Assembly: GCA_017302575.1 (NCBI GenBank)
Contig: JAFLDD010000001.1
Location: 777,988-841,987, forward strand
Source of the DNA: Alphaproteobacteria bacterium
Lineage (GTDB): Bacteria > Pseudomonadota > Alphaproteobacteria > Rickettsiales > UBA3002
Reading direction: 5' to 3'
DNA: 64,000 nucleotides
In this document: piece after piece, positions 18,962 to 27,964 of the stretch
How positions within the stretch are numbered: the stretch's first letter is position 1
How the letters are laid out: each line of letters opens with the position of its first letter
The notes under the pieces: generated by a model
What the model was told of the DNA's origin: nothing
What the model saw: the letters and a program-made list of their open reading frames with translations, nothing else
Databases searched by the model: none
Program-made: the position numbers and the translations under genes

Positions 18962-20365
18962 ATGTCTGATGCTTTTTTTGATCTGGTAAAAAAACACGAT
19001 GTGCAATTCGTGGATTTCCGTTTCACCGACCCACGCGGCAAGTGGCAACACACCACCTACATTGCTGACAAGGTCAATAAAGGCACCTTCGAAGACGGCG
19101 TGATGTTCGACGGTTCGTCGATCTCGGGTTGGAAGTCCATCAACGAGTCTGACATGATTCTGATGCCTGATGCATCCACCGCATTCCTCGATCCATTCGC
19201 TGCGCAGCCAACCTTGGTTGTAACGGGTGACATCATCGAGCCTGCAACGGGCCAATCCTATGGCCGTGACCCACGCTCGACCGCGAAACGCGCTGAGGCA
19301 TACCTGAAATATACGGGTATCGGCGATACCGCTTATTTCGGCCCAGAGCTGGAATTCTTCGTATTCGACGATGTACGCTTCGATAGCGGCCAGTTCGGTT
19401 CGTTCTATGAAGTGGATTCAGAAGAGTTGCCAAGCAATTCGGGCAAGCGCTATGATGCAAACAACCTTGGTCACCGCCCTGGTCCGAAGGGTGGTTACTT
19501 CCCTGTTGCTCCGGTTGATTCGGCGGCAGACCTTCGCGCTGAAATGCTTGCAACCCTCAAAGACGTGGGCATCACACCTGTGCTGCACCACCACGAAGTT
19601 GCGCCAGCACAGCACGAGTTGGGTTTTGACTTCAGCTCACTCACCGCAACGGCTGATAACGTTCAAAAATACAAGTACGTGATTCAGAACGTCGCCAACA
19701 CCTACGGCAAAACCGCGACCTTCATGCCAAAGCCTATCTACGGTGATAACGGTTCGGGTATGCACGTGCACCAGTCCATCTGGAAAGACGGCAAGCCACT
19801 GTTCGCGGGCAATGGTTATGCTGATCTCAGCGAAACCTGCCTGTACTACATTGGCGGTATCATCAAGCATGCGAAAGCATTGAACGCGATTACCAATGCT
19901 TCGACCAACAGCTACAAGCGCCTTGTACCAGGTTACGAAGCGCCCGTATTGCTAGCGTACTCGTCACGCAACCGTTCAGCATCGATTCGTATTCCATATG
20001 TTGCTTCACCAAAAGCGAAGCGCATCGAAACACGTTTCCCTGATGCTACCTCGAACCCATATCTCTGCTTCTCAGCACTGCTGATGGCAGGCCTCGATGG
20101 TATCGAGAACAAGATCCACCCAGGAGATGCGGTTGATAAAAACCTCTATGACTTGCCACCTGAAGAACTGAAAGAAGTTCCACATGTTGCAGGCTCACTG
20201 CGTGAAGCAGTAGAGGCATTGGATGCTGATCGCGCGTTCCTGAAAAAAGGTGACGTGTTCAGCGACGACCAAATCAACTCTTACATCGACCTGAAGATGG
20301 AAGAGATCCAGCGTTGGGAAATGGCTCCATCGCCAGTGGAATTCAAAATGTACTACTCTGTATAA
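18962..20365 (+). CDS. glnA: Glutamine synthetase type I
   Basis: AGGAG lies 7 nt before the ATG at 18962. GS-I motifs are present, including the adenylylation-site context [10 protein letters not shown]. Confidence 0.95.
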   Translation: MSDAFFDLVKKHDVQFVDFRFTDPRGKWQHTTYIADKVNKGTFEDGVMFDGSSISGWKSINESDMILMPDASTAFLDPFAAQPTLVVTGDIIEPATGQSYGRDPRSTAKRAEAYLKYTGIGDTAYFGPELEFFVFDDVRFDSGQFGSFYEVDSEELPSNSGKRYDANNLGHRPGPKGGYFPVAPVDSAADLRAEMLATLKDVGITPVLHHHEVAPAQHELGFDFSSLTATADNVQKYKYVIQNVANTYGKTATFMPKPIYGDNGSGMHVHQSIWKDGKPLFAGNGYADLSETCLYYIGGIIKHAKALNAITNASTNSYKRLVPGYEAPVLLAYSSRNRSASIRIPYVASPKAKRIETRFPDATSNPYLCFSALLMAGLDGIENKIHPGDAVDKNLYDLPPEELKEVPHVAGSLREAVEALDADRAFLKKGDVFSDDQINSYIDLKMEEIQRWEMAPSPVEFKMYYSV

Positions 20366-20379
20366 GCACCTTCGGTGCA

Positions 20380-20456
20380 GGGGGCAGCACGCTGCCCCCG
20401 CTACCGCTCCCCCTCGCTACGCGGCTCGGCCTAACGGCCTACGCAGCGTTCCATTG
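20380..20456. repeat. GC-rich structured intergenic element, copy A (G5 hairpin + CTCCCCC + CGCGGCTCG core)
   Basis: Hairpin GGGGGCAGC-AC-GCTGCCCCC followed by CTCCCCCTCGCTACGCGGCTCGGCC...CTACGCAGCGTT. It can be aligned with 41704..41780. Confidence 0.35.
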
Positions 20457-20482
20457 GAGAGTAAGCACGGATTCTACAAATG

Positions 20483-20512
20483 AAAAGGGCACCTTTCGGT
20501 GCCCTTTTTTTT
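20483..20512. terminator. Bidirectional rho-independent terminator between glnA and the convergent 20534..21043 gene
   Basis: AAAA-GGGCACC-TTTC-GGTGCCC-TTTTTTTT. Perfect 7-bp GC-rich stem flanked by an A-run and a T-run. Confidence 0.7.
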
Positions 20513-20533
20513 GTTTGCCATACACTTTTATTA

Positions 20534-21043
20534 TTAGGTTGCTTGCTGTCCCATTGAGTGCAGCATCAGCGCAATTTTCTCTTGGCGTTGCTTGAGTTCT
20601 TCCACATCGTTTTTCTGCATAATGCGGTCCAGCGAGAGTGTTACAAAATCAACGAATACTGCGATCACTGCTTCAAGCTGGCGCTTGATACGCTTCACGA
20701 TGGGGTCTGCCACATTGCTTACGCCATGCATCATCTGGGCTGATTTTTCGCTATAATCACTTATCGCCGTGTAGATTTGGCGCAGCGCATCTTCAATTTT
20801 CTTTTTGGCAATCGTCTTGCGATTGGCCTTACCATCTACCAATGCGATGAATTCTTCGGTCAGAATATCGGCAGAGCTACCCATTGCGTCCGCCAATGGC
20901 TCTACCAAATCAAGCTGCGCATCGGGATTGGCCACGAGGTTGCTCTCTGTGCTCAGCACTAGCTCATCTGCCAGCGAGTACAGCTCCATTACCTCGTAAT
21001 ATTTCTGTTCCATCTCGTTCATTTGCGTCGCCGTCTGTGTCAT
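20534..21043 (-). CDS. Acidic all-helical hypothetical protein (169 aa)
   Basis: D/E-rich with no TM segment or signal peptide. It lies 21 nt downstream of the Gly-rich gene on the same strand. I recognise no family. Confidence 0.5.
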   Translation of the reverse strand: MTQTATQMNEMEQKYYEVMELYSLADELVLSTESNLVANPDAQLDLVEPLADAMGSSADILTEEFIALVDGKANRKTIAKKKIEDALRQIYTAISDYSEKSAQMMHGVSNVADPIVKRIKRQLEAVIAVFVDFVTLSLDRIMQKNDVEELKQRQEKIALMLHSMGQQAT

Positions 21044-21064
21044 AGCACCCTCTTCTTATCCTAT

Positions 21065-21613
21065 TTAGCCTCGATATGCACCCATTTGTGCGCCACCATT
21101 TTGTTGCACATATTCTGTCCATTGCTGGTTCGGATCACGACCCGAACGTTGCGATACGTAATTTGCCCACTGCCCTGGGCGTTGCGACTGGAAGCCGCCA
21201 TTAATACTGCCAATGCCTGCTTGGTGCGAACGCAGCACCGTTGGCTGAATGCCTAGTGGTCCCGTTACTGCTCCTGCAACTACCTCAGTGCCTTTGCGCA
21301 CATGGGTACCTAACGTACGACCCGTGAATATGGTTGAACCAACGTTAACCCACCACATTGGGTTTAACGCGCCACCCGCAGCTACCCCTGCATTGGTGAA
21401 GGTGCTGGCTGCACCTGTACCAAATGCGGCAGCAGCGCTAAGCGGTTTACCTTGCAATAACCAACCACCAGCGTCCCACGCTGCACCAACAAGACCAACG
21501 GTAGTGACAAGAAATTCACGAAAAATCGGAATGGGCAATAAGCTCGCCCAATTCGAAATCGTGGTGAAGATATTATCACCTGTTCTTGTGTAATGTCTGT
21601 CGCGTGTGCTCAT
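21065..21613 (-). CDS. Glycine/alanine-rich membrane-associated hypothetical protein
   Basis: Track ORF is 21065..21625 (GTG); an ATG at 21613 follows AAGGAGAAG. Small-residue zipper-like segments: VGLVGAAWDAGGWLL and AAAAFGTGAASTFTNAGVAAGGA. The tail is Q/G/N-rich. Confidence 0.5.
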   Translation of the reverse strand: MSTRDRHYTRTGDNIFTTISNWASLLPIPIFREFLVTTVGLVGAAWDAGGWLLQGKPLSAAAAFGTGAASTFTNAGVAAGGALNPMWWVNVGSTIFTGRTLGTHVRKGTEVVAGAVTGPLGIQPTVLRSHQAGIGSINGGFQSQRPGQWANYVSQRSGRDPNQQWTEYVQQNGGAQMGAYRG

Positions 21614-21682
21614 AGTCAGATACACTTCTCCTTACCTTGAATAATAACATTTTGAAAAATCTGTAGGATGACAGTTGTGTGA

Positions 21683-21705
21683 CATTTTGCGAAAAGCGCA
21701 AAATG
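21683..21705. promoter_or_regulatory. Perfect 9-bp inverted repeat (CATTTTGCG-AAAAG-CGCAAAATG) between gpsA and the Gly-rich gene
   Basis: Read directly from the A/T-rich 111-bp gap. It could be a gpsA terminator stem or an operator for the downstream module. Confidence 0.3.
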
Positions 21706-21736
21706 AATAACCTTATTTATCAATAGCTTGTGTGGG

Positions 21737-22735
21737 TTATTCTTGAGAGAGCGGGCGTTCTAGCAGCCGCTCGATCGCGCCTTGCACGGGTAATGCGCCT
21801 GTTAAAATATCATTTACGGCCTGTGCAATTGGCATCGCGACAGCGAGTTTCTGCGCGAGTTGCGTGACCGATTCTGCCGTGGCAACGCCTTCGGTAAGCC
21901 CTGCTTTTCCTGTATGCACAATATCCATAATCGGTGTGCCTTTGCCGATCACATATCCGAGTGCGTAATTGCGCGATTTCTGACTGGTACAGCTCAGCAC
22001 CACATCACCCGCGCCCGCAAGGCCGAACAACGTATCCTCGCGCCCACCTTTAGCACGCGCGAGGCGCGCCATTTCGACCAATCCACGCGTGATAATCGCC
22101 GCACGTGTATTCTCGCCAAGCCCATGACCAAGCGCAATGCCTGCTGCAATCGCCAAGACGTTCTTCACCGCGCCCCCCACCTGCGTGCCGATGGGGTCAT
22201 CATTCGCGTAAAGTCTGAAAAATTTTCCACCTAATGCAAATGACATTTGTTCGGCGACGCGTGCGTGATGTGTGGCGAGCGCTGCTGCCGTTGGCGTACC
22301 AGATGCTGCTTCGCCCGCAAAGTTAGGGCCCGAGAGAATCGCCACCGGATTATGTGGCAGAATGGATTGCACCACTTCACTCATGAACATGAGCGAGCCG
22401 CGCTCAATTCCCTTTGTTGCAATCACCAACGGAATGGAGGCTGAAATCAGGTCCGACAAAGTAATGCACACCGTGCGCAGCGATTGGGCGGGAATCGTAA
22501 GTATCAATGCGCCACACTCTTTCAGAGCGGTGAGTTCACGCGTTACGCTAATCGCGGGATCAATAAAAATCTCTGGCAAATAATGCGCGTTGACGCGCTT
22601 ATTCAGAATCGAATCCGCGACCATGGGGTTACGCGTCCACAGCGTGGCGCGTGAACCTGCGCGATTGGCCAAAATCGCCAGCGACGTGCCCCATGCGCCC
22701 GCGCCGACAACACCAATGTGCGTTTCACTCGTCAT
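21737..22735 (-). CDS. gpsA: NAD(P)H-dependent glycerol-3-phosphate dehydrogenase
   Basis: N-terminal GAGAWGTSLA Rossmann motif and a GpsA-like core. ATGA overlap with the ileS stop. Confidence 0.9.
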   Translation of the reverse strand: MTSETHIGVVGAGAWGTSLAILANRAGSRATLWTRNPMVADSILNKRVNAHYLPEIFIDPAISVTRELTALKECGALILTIPAQSLRTVCITLSDLISASIPLVIATKGIERGSLMFMSEVVQSILPHNPVAILSGPNFAGEAASGTPTAAALATHHARVAEQMSFALGGKFFRLYANDDPIGTQVGGAVKNVLAIAAGIALGHGLGENTRAAIITRGLVEMARLARAKGGREDTLFGLAGAGDVVLSCTSQKSRNYALGYVIGKGTPIMDIVHTGKAGLTEGVATAESVTQLAQKLAVAMPIAQAVNDILTGALPVQGAIERLLERPLSQE

Positions 22736-25700
22736 GCTGCCTTGCTGATTCCTATCACGACTTTTTCACCATCCACTTCTTGCGTCGATGTCTTTTCGGA
22801 TGCAGAGGCGTTGCCCTCATTGAGCGATACAGCCAATGTCTGCTCGGCAATCATATCTCGGTGGTTCAGCGCCGCTTTGAAGCCTGCGGGCAATTCCAGC
22901 GTCAGCGCAATGCGGTCACTCACATGCAAGCCTGCGTCCTTGCGCGCTTGCTGAATCATCCGCACCATATCCCGCGCTAAACCTTCCGCTTCGAGCTCGG
23001 GCGACACCTTCGTGTCGAGGATAACGATTCCATCATTTGTTGATATTGCTTGCGCATTATCTTTGTACTCAGGCTTTGGTTCCAACTGTATATTATACTC
23101 CGTTGGCAGCAATTTTTCGCCTGCGATTTCTACACCACCATCACTAGTCCTGTTCCACTCACCTTTTTTAGAAGCTGGTAAAATCTGCTTCATTTTCTCT
23201 GGCAAGCGTTTACCTAGAACAGCAGAATTAATTTGCAGTTTGATAGTCGCATAATCTTCAAAAGAACCACCTGTTGCATAGTTCTTCACATTTACTTCGT
23301 CTTGAATAACGCCCGATAGTGTTCCCCAAACTCCGCTACCTTTTGCAGTTTCAACTGCTGCCATGTATTTAGCATTACCCGCAAAGGTTAGTGAAGCTAA
23401 TGGCTGTCTTACGCGAATATTGAGTTTATTTCGAATCGCCAACGCGGATGTACATATATCTCTTACACCATCCATAAGCGTTATAACTTCTGCATCATCC
23501 GCAATTTTGCTCACATCAGGAAAATCTTGCAAATGCACACTTGATGCTTCGCCATTGAGGCCGCGATAGATGGCTTCGGCGGTGAATGGTAGGAGTGGGG
23601 CTGCCGCCTTGCACATGATGTTCAGCGCAGTGAAAAGCGTGTCGTAAGCGGCTTGTTTATCGTCATTCACTTCCTCTGCCCAGAAGCGGTCTTTTGAGCG
23701 GCGAATGTACCAGTTATTGAGCACCTCAAAAAAGCCTGTAATCGCTTCGCACGCGCCTGGTGTATCATACGCGTCGAGTGATGCTTTCACCTGAATCACC
23801 GCGGCTTTTGCCTTCGCCAAGATATAGCGGTCGAGCACGTCTTTCGCCGATGTGATGTCTTTCGCCTGAATGCCATCCGCATTCGCGTAGAGCGTGAAGA
23901 AGTTATAGGCGTTCCAGATAGGCTTGATGTTCAGGCGCACAATGTCGCGGATGAATTTACCATCAGGGTCGACACCCAAATCCGCCCCACGCATGACGGG
24001 GGATGCCAGCATCATCCAACGAAGTGCATCGGCGCCATATTGATCCATCACCTCTTTGGGGTCTTTGTAGTTCTTCAGGCGCTTACTGTATTTCAACCCC
24101 GTCTCTTCATCAATCACCACGCCGTGGCAGATGACGTTTTTGAAAGGCGCACAGCCGAACAGCGCCGCGCTCAATACTTGCAGCGTGTAGAACCAGCCGC
24201 GTGTTTGCGCGATGTACTCGGTGATGAAGTCGGCAGGGAATGTTTTTTCGAACTGCTCCTTATTCTCGAACGGGTAATGCACCTGCGCGTAAGGCATGGA
24301 GCCCGATTCGAACCAGCAATCGAATACATCTTCGATGCGCGTGTAGTCTTCGCCATCGATTTTCAGCACGACTTCATCAATAAATGGGCGGTGAAGGTCT
24401 GGCACTTTTTTGCCGCTGAGTTTTTCGATTTCTTCAATCGAACCGCAGACATGGATTTTGCCTGAAGCGGATTCCCAAATCGGAATCGGCGTGCCCCAAA
24501 AACGGTTACGCGAAATCGACCAATCCGGCGCGGACTCAATGCCCTTGCCCATTTGGCCTTCGCGGACATGGTCGGGAATCCAGTGAATATTTTTATTATT
24601 CTCGGCCATGTTGGCTTTGATTTTTTGCACATTCACATACCATGACGACATAGCGCGGTAAATCAGCGGCGTGTCGGTGCGCCAGCAATGCGGGTAGTTG
24701 TGCTTGTAAGGCTCGTCTTTCACCAGCGCGTTATGCGCCTTCAACCAACGCACGATGCGCATATTGGCCAAACCATATTTCGCCACATCTTTCGCGGCGA
24801 TGTGCTGGGCTTTGTCTTCCTCGCTCACGACGATATCCGCTTCCGCAATGCGCGTATCGGGAACGACGACGAGGCCTCGGAGTTTCAAATCATCCAAGTC
24901 GAAAATTTCGGAAGTGAATTTTCCTTTTTCATCGACAGGCACCATGACTTCGATGCCGTTTTTCGCGCAAATCTGTTGGTCGACTTCACCAAAACCTGGC
25001 GCCATATGCACTACTCCTGTGCCCTCGCCTTCGGTTACGGCATCGCCGCCATCCAGCACTTTGAATGCGTTCTTCGTGTCTTTGAAGAATGGGAAGAGTG
25101 GTTCGTAGGAAAGGCCAAGTAATTTTTTCCAATGCACAAAGTGATGTTCTTCTGATTGCTCCTCAGCAATTTCTTCAGATTTCCCTGTTCTTGAGAAAGC
25201 ACTGCTAAAGATTTCAGGATGGAACTTTGCTGCAGCAGTAGCGGAATAGATTCTGCATTCAGAATCAGAAACTTTGACTGCTTCATATGCCAAATTACCT
25301 ACTGCCAAGGCAAGGTTTGACGGAAGAGTCCAAGGAGTAGTTGTCCATGCTACTACATAACAATCTTGCAGATTTGGCCACTTCTCAGCGATAAAGTCTG
25401 GAACTGATGCTAGCTTAAACTTTACATATGCAGCTTTGTCTTCGCGCTCGCGGGTTGCGTTGTCGATGCGTGTTTCGAAGTTTGAAACAGGCGTTTCCGC
25501 AGCCCAACTATAGGGCATCACGCGCATGGATTCGTAAATCAGGCCTTTGTTGTAGAGCTCTTTGAACGCCCAGAGGCATGACTCCATGAATGGAGTGTCC
25601 ATCGTTTTATAGTCGTTCTTGAAATCCACCCAGCGGCCTTGGCGGTTGACGTAATATTCCCAATCGGCGGTGTATTTCATCACCGAGGTGCGGCAATGCG

Positions 25701-26061
25701 CATTGAATTTGTCGATGCCGAATTGCTGAATCGCCGCGCGACCAGAGATATTCAATTCCTTCTCAGCGCCCATTTCGGCGGGAAGGCCGTGACAGTCCCA
25801 CCCGAATCGGCGCTCCACACGTTTGCCATTCATGGTTTGGTAACGGGCAATCGCGTCTTTCACATAGCCGGTGAGCAAGTGGCCGTAATGCGGCAGGCCG
25901 TTGGCGAAGGGCGGGCCATCATAGAACACGTACGCGTTTTTGGGGTCGCGCGCATTCACGGATTTTTCGAAAGTATTGTCGGACTCCCAGAATTTCTGCA
26001 CCTGCTCTTCGAGCTGCGCAAAGTTTGGGTTGGCTTCTACGTCGGGGTAATGTTTTGTCAT
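22732..26061 (-). CDS. ileS: Isoleucyl-tRNA synthetase, type 2 (eukaryote-like)
   Basis: ATG at 26061 (MTKHYPDV). HIGH region PHYGHLLTG, editing-domain motif WTTTPWTLPSN and KMSKS region KYSKRLKNYKDP (the type-2 form). There is no C-terminal Cys cluster. Confidence 0.95.
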   Translation of the reverse strand: MTKHYPDVEANPNFAQLEEQVQKFWESDNTFEKSVNARDPKNAYVFYDGPPFANGLPHYGHLLTGYVKDAIARYQTMNGKRVERRFGWDCHGLPAEMGAEKELNISGRAAIQQFGIDKFNAHCRTSVMKYTADWEYYVNRQGRWVDFKNDYKTMDTPFMESCLWAFKELYNKGLIYESMRVMPYSWAAETPVSNFETRIDNATREREDKAAYVKFKLASVPDFIAEKWPNLQDCYVVAWTTTPWTLPSNLALAVGNLAYEAVKVSDSECRIYSATAAAKFHPEIFSSAFSRTGKSEEIAEEQSEEHHFVHWKKLLGLSYEPLFPFFKDTKNAFKVLDGGDAVTEGEGTGVVHMAPGFGEVDQQICAKNGIEVMVPVDEKGKFTSEIFDLDDLKLRGLVVVPDTRIAEADIVVSEEDKAQHIAAKDVAKYGLANMRIVRWLKAHNALVKDEPYKHNYPHCWRTDTPLIYRAMSSWYVNVQKIKANMAENNKNIHWIPDHVREGQMGKGIESAPDWSISRNRFWGTPIPIWESASGKIHVCGSIEEIEKLSGKKVPDLHRPFIDEVVLKIDGEDYTRIEDVFDCWFESGSMPYAQVHYPFENKEQFEKTFPADFITEYIAQTRGWFYTLQVLSAALFGCAPFKNVICHGVVIDEETGLKYSKRLKNYKDPKEVMDQYGADALRWMMLASPVMRGADLGVDPDGKFIRDIVRLNIKPIWNAYNFFTLYANADGIQAKDITSAKDVLDRYILAKAKAAVIQVKASLDAYDTPGACEAITGFFEVLNNWYIRRSKDRFWAEEVNDDKQAAYDTLFTALNIMCKAAAPLLPFTAEAIYRGLNGEASSVHLQDFPDVSKIADDAEVITLMDGVRDICTSALAIRNKLNIRVRQPLASLTFAGNAKYMAAVETAKGSGVWGTLSGVIQDEVNVKNYATGGSFEDYATIKLQINSAVLGKRLPEKMKQILPASKKGEWNRTSDGGVEIAGEKLLPTEYNIQLEPKPEYKDNAQAISTNDGIVILDTKVSPELEAEGLARDMVRMIQQARKDAGLHVSDRIALTLELPAGFKAALNHRDMIAEQTLAVSLNEGNASASEKTSTQEVDGEKVVIGISKAA

Positions 26062-26322
26062 AAGGGGCTTGTGATAACTAACCGCAGGCGAAAAATCCAG
26101 CACTTGCTGCTGCTTACCACACTACTCGTAGATATATTTGCGCCGACGCTCGATTTTAGGTTCTCTGATTGCAAAGCGCTGGCGCAGGCTGTAGTAAAGC
26201 AGCATTGCGGGGCTGAGCATTAGTTCGATGACGGCTATCGCAAACATACAATCGTAGGTTTAGCAAAATTCGGTCAGTAATGCAGCTATTGATAGAATTA
26301 TGCAACTTATTGGGGGAAATGC

Positions 26323-26763
26323 ATGGAACCACAACGCCTTACTGACCGGCTTGTTTCGTACTGGAATCTTATCCGAAAAGACGCGTCTATGCCTGAGTTC
26401 TCGCATTTCAACAAGTCGGCGATCGATGATATTTGGCAGCAATGTATGCTGTTTACGGTACAACCTACGGCTGAGGGAGCGACTCCCGTGGTGAATTTCT
26501 ATGGGGTGGGCGAAAAAGTGAAGTCCCTCTACACCAAAGATATGACGGGGCAGACCATTACCACGGGTCAGAAGCATTTTCAGGGCGCGGCACTTATTAA
26601 AAAAATCGCTGATGTGATTGCCAAGCCAGAGCCTTTGTTCGACCAAGGCCAATTCGTGAACGAGCGTAGCAAGATCGTGAAGTACCGCTCTTGCATGCTA
26701 CCATTTGGAACAGATAATCGGGTGACACATGTCGTTGTTGGCCTAAGCTGGAGAGAATTCTAA
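26323..26763 (+). CDS. Small PAS-like (PAS_5/DUF1457-type) alphaproteobacterial protein
   Basis: RLVSYWNLIRKDASMPEFSHFNKSAIDDIWQQCMLFTV resembles the N-terminal pattern of that family. This call is from memory only. Confidence 0.5.
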   Translation: MEPQRLTDRLVSYWNLIRKDASMPEFSHFNKSAIDDIWQQCMLFTVQPTAEGATPVVNFYGVGEKVKSLYTKDMTGQTITTGQKHFQGAALIKKIADVIAKPEPLFDQGQFVNERSKIVKYRSCMLPFGTDNRVTHVVVGLSWREF

Positions 26764-26764
26764 T

Positions 26765-27964
26765 ATGAGCGACCACTCACACGAACAACTTGATACGAAA
26801 CTGATGAGCCTCGGGCGCGACCCAAAGCGCGACCTTGGTTCAGTGAACCCACCCGTGCACCGCACGAGCACGGTTATCTTTCAAGACTTCGCGACGTTCG
26901 ATGCCTATGAGCAAGGCAAGATTTATCACCGTGGGTATGGGCGTTATGGCACGCCCACCAGCGATGCGCTGGAAGAAGCCGTTATTGAACTTGAAGGTGC
27001 GGATGGCGCTATCATCACTGCCTCAGGCCTTGCTGCCATCAGCACACCCATGCTGGCGTTTTTGAATGCGGGCGACCATGTGTTGGTGCCTGACTCGCTC
27101 TATAGTTCTGGCCGCCACTTCGTGGAAAAAGAATTGCCGCGCCTTGGTATCGAGGTGCAGTTTTACGATCCAACGATTGGTGCTGGCATTGAAAAGCTGA
27201 TGAAGAAAAACACCAAAGTGGTGTATTGCGAAAGCCCTGGCTCGCTCACGTTTGAAATGCAGGATATTCCGGCAATCGCGAAAATCGCGCATGCGCACGG
27301 CGCTATGGTATTTGCCGATAACACATGGGCAACGCCGCTATTGCAGCGCCCATTTGATATGGGTGTCGATATCTCGATTCACTCAGCGACGAAATATATT
27401 GGCGGTCACTCGGATTTGGTGATGGGTGTCGTGACGTGCAAAAAAGAACATTTCGAACAGCTACGTCGTACGCATAAGAATCTTGGTGCCTGCGCGAGTA
27501 GCGATAACTGCTATCTTGCCCTGCGCGGCTTGCGAACTATGTCACTTCGCTTGAAGCAGCACCAACAAAATGCGCTTGAAGTTGCGAAGTGGTTCCAGAA
27601 GCAGCCAGAGATTACACGCGTGCTGTACCCTGCTCTGCCAGAAGATCCTGGTCATGCGCTTTGGAAGCGCGACATGACAGGTGCATGCGGCCTATTCGCG
27701 GTTGAAATGAAGAACCCAATCAATAAGCCAGCGCTTGCCGCTCTGCTAGATGAGCTCAAACATTTTGGTATGGGCTTTAGCTGGGGTGGCTATGAATCAC
27801 TCGTGATTGCGTATCAGCCCGCCAGAATGCGCAGCGCAACGAAGTGGGATAAAGACACGTGGCTGCTCAGGTTCCATATTGGTCTTGAAGCGCCAAGTGA
27901 CTTGATTGCCGATTTAGAAGCAGGCTTTGCCCGTTTACGCACGGCTCTTAAAAACGCGGCTTAG
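26765..27964 (+). CDS. metC: Cystathionine beta-lyase (PLP-dependent Cys/Met metabolism family)
   Basis: N-terminus TKLMSLGRDPKRDLGSVNPPVHRTSTVIF. PLP-lysine motif SATKYIGGHSD. Confidence 0.8.
   Translation: MSDHSHEQLDTKLMSLGRDPKRDLGSVNPPVHRTSTVIFQDFATFDAYEQGKIYHRGYGRYGTPTSDALEEAVIELEGADGAIITASGLAAISTPMLAFLNAGDHVLVPDSLYSSGRHFVEKELPRLGIEVQFYDPTIGAGIEKLMKKNTKVVYCESPGSLTFEMQDIPAIAKIAHAHGAMVFADNTWATPLLQRPFDMGVDISIHSATKYIGGHSDLVMGVVTCKKEHFEQLRRTHKNLGACASSDNCYLALRGLRTMSLRLKQHQQNALEVAKWFQKQPEITRVLYPALPEDPGHALWKRDMTGACGLFAVEMKNPINKPALAALLDELKHFGMGFSWGGYESLVIAYQPARMRSATKWDKDTWLLRFHIGLEAPSDLIADLEAGFARLRTALKNAA

Noticed and set aside
20314-20595. A 93-aa ORF spanning the glnA 3' end, the GC-rich element and the terminator.
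   Set aside because: It reads through hairpins and a T-run and overlaps two real gene ends. It is an artefact of the structured intergenic region.
26122-26247. The AVIELML segment of the small ORF upstream of ileS looked pilin-like.
   Set aside because: There is no G-1 cleavage context or leader, Glu is at the wrong spacing, and the peptide is far too short. I treat it only as a possible small membrane peptide.
26260-26652. A 130-aa minus-strand ORF overlapping the PAS-like gene.
   Set aside because: The plus-strand frame gives a plausible conserved-looking protein that abuts metC. The minus-frame product is low-quality, with no start context.
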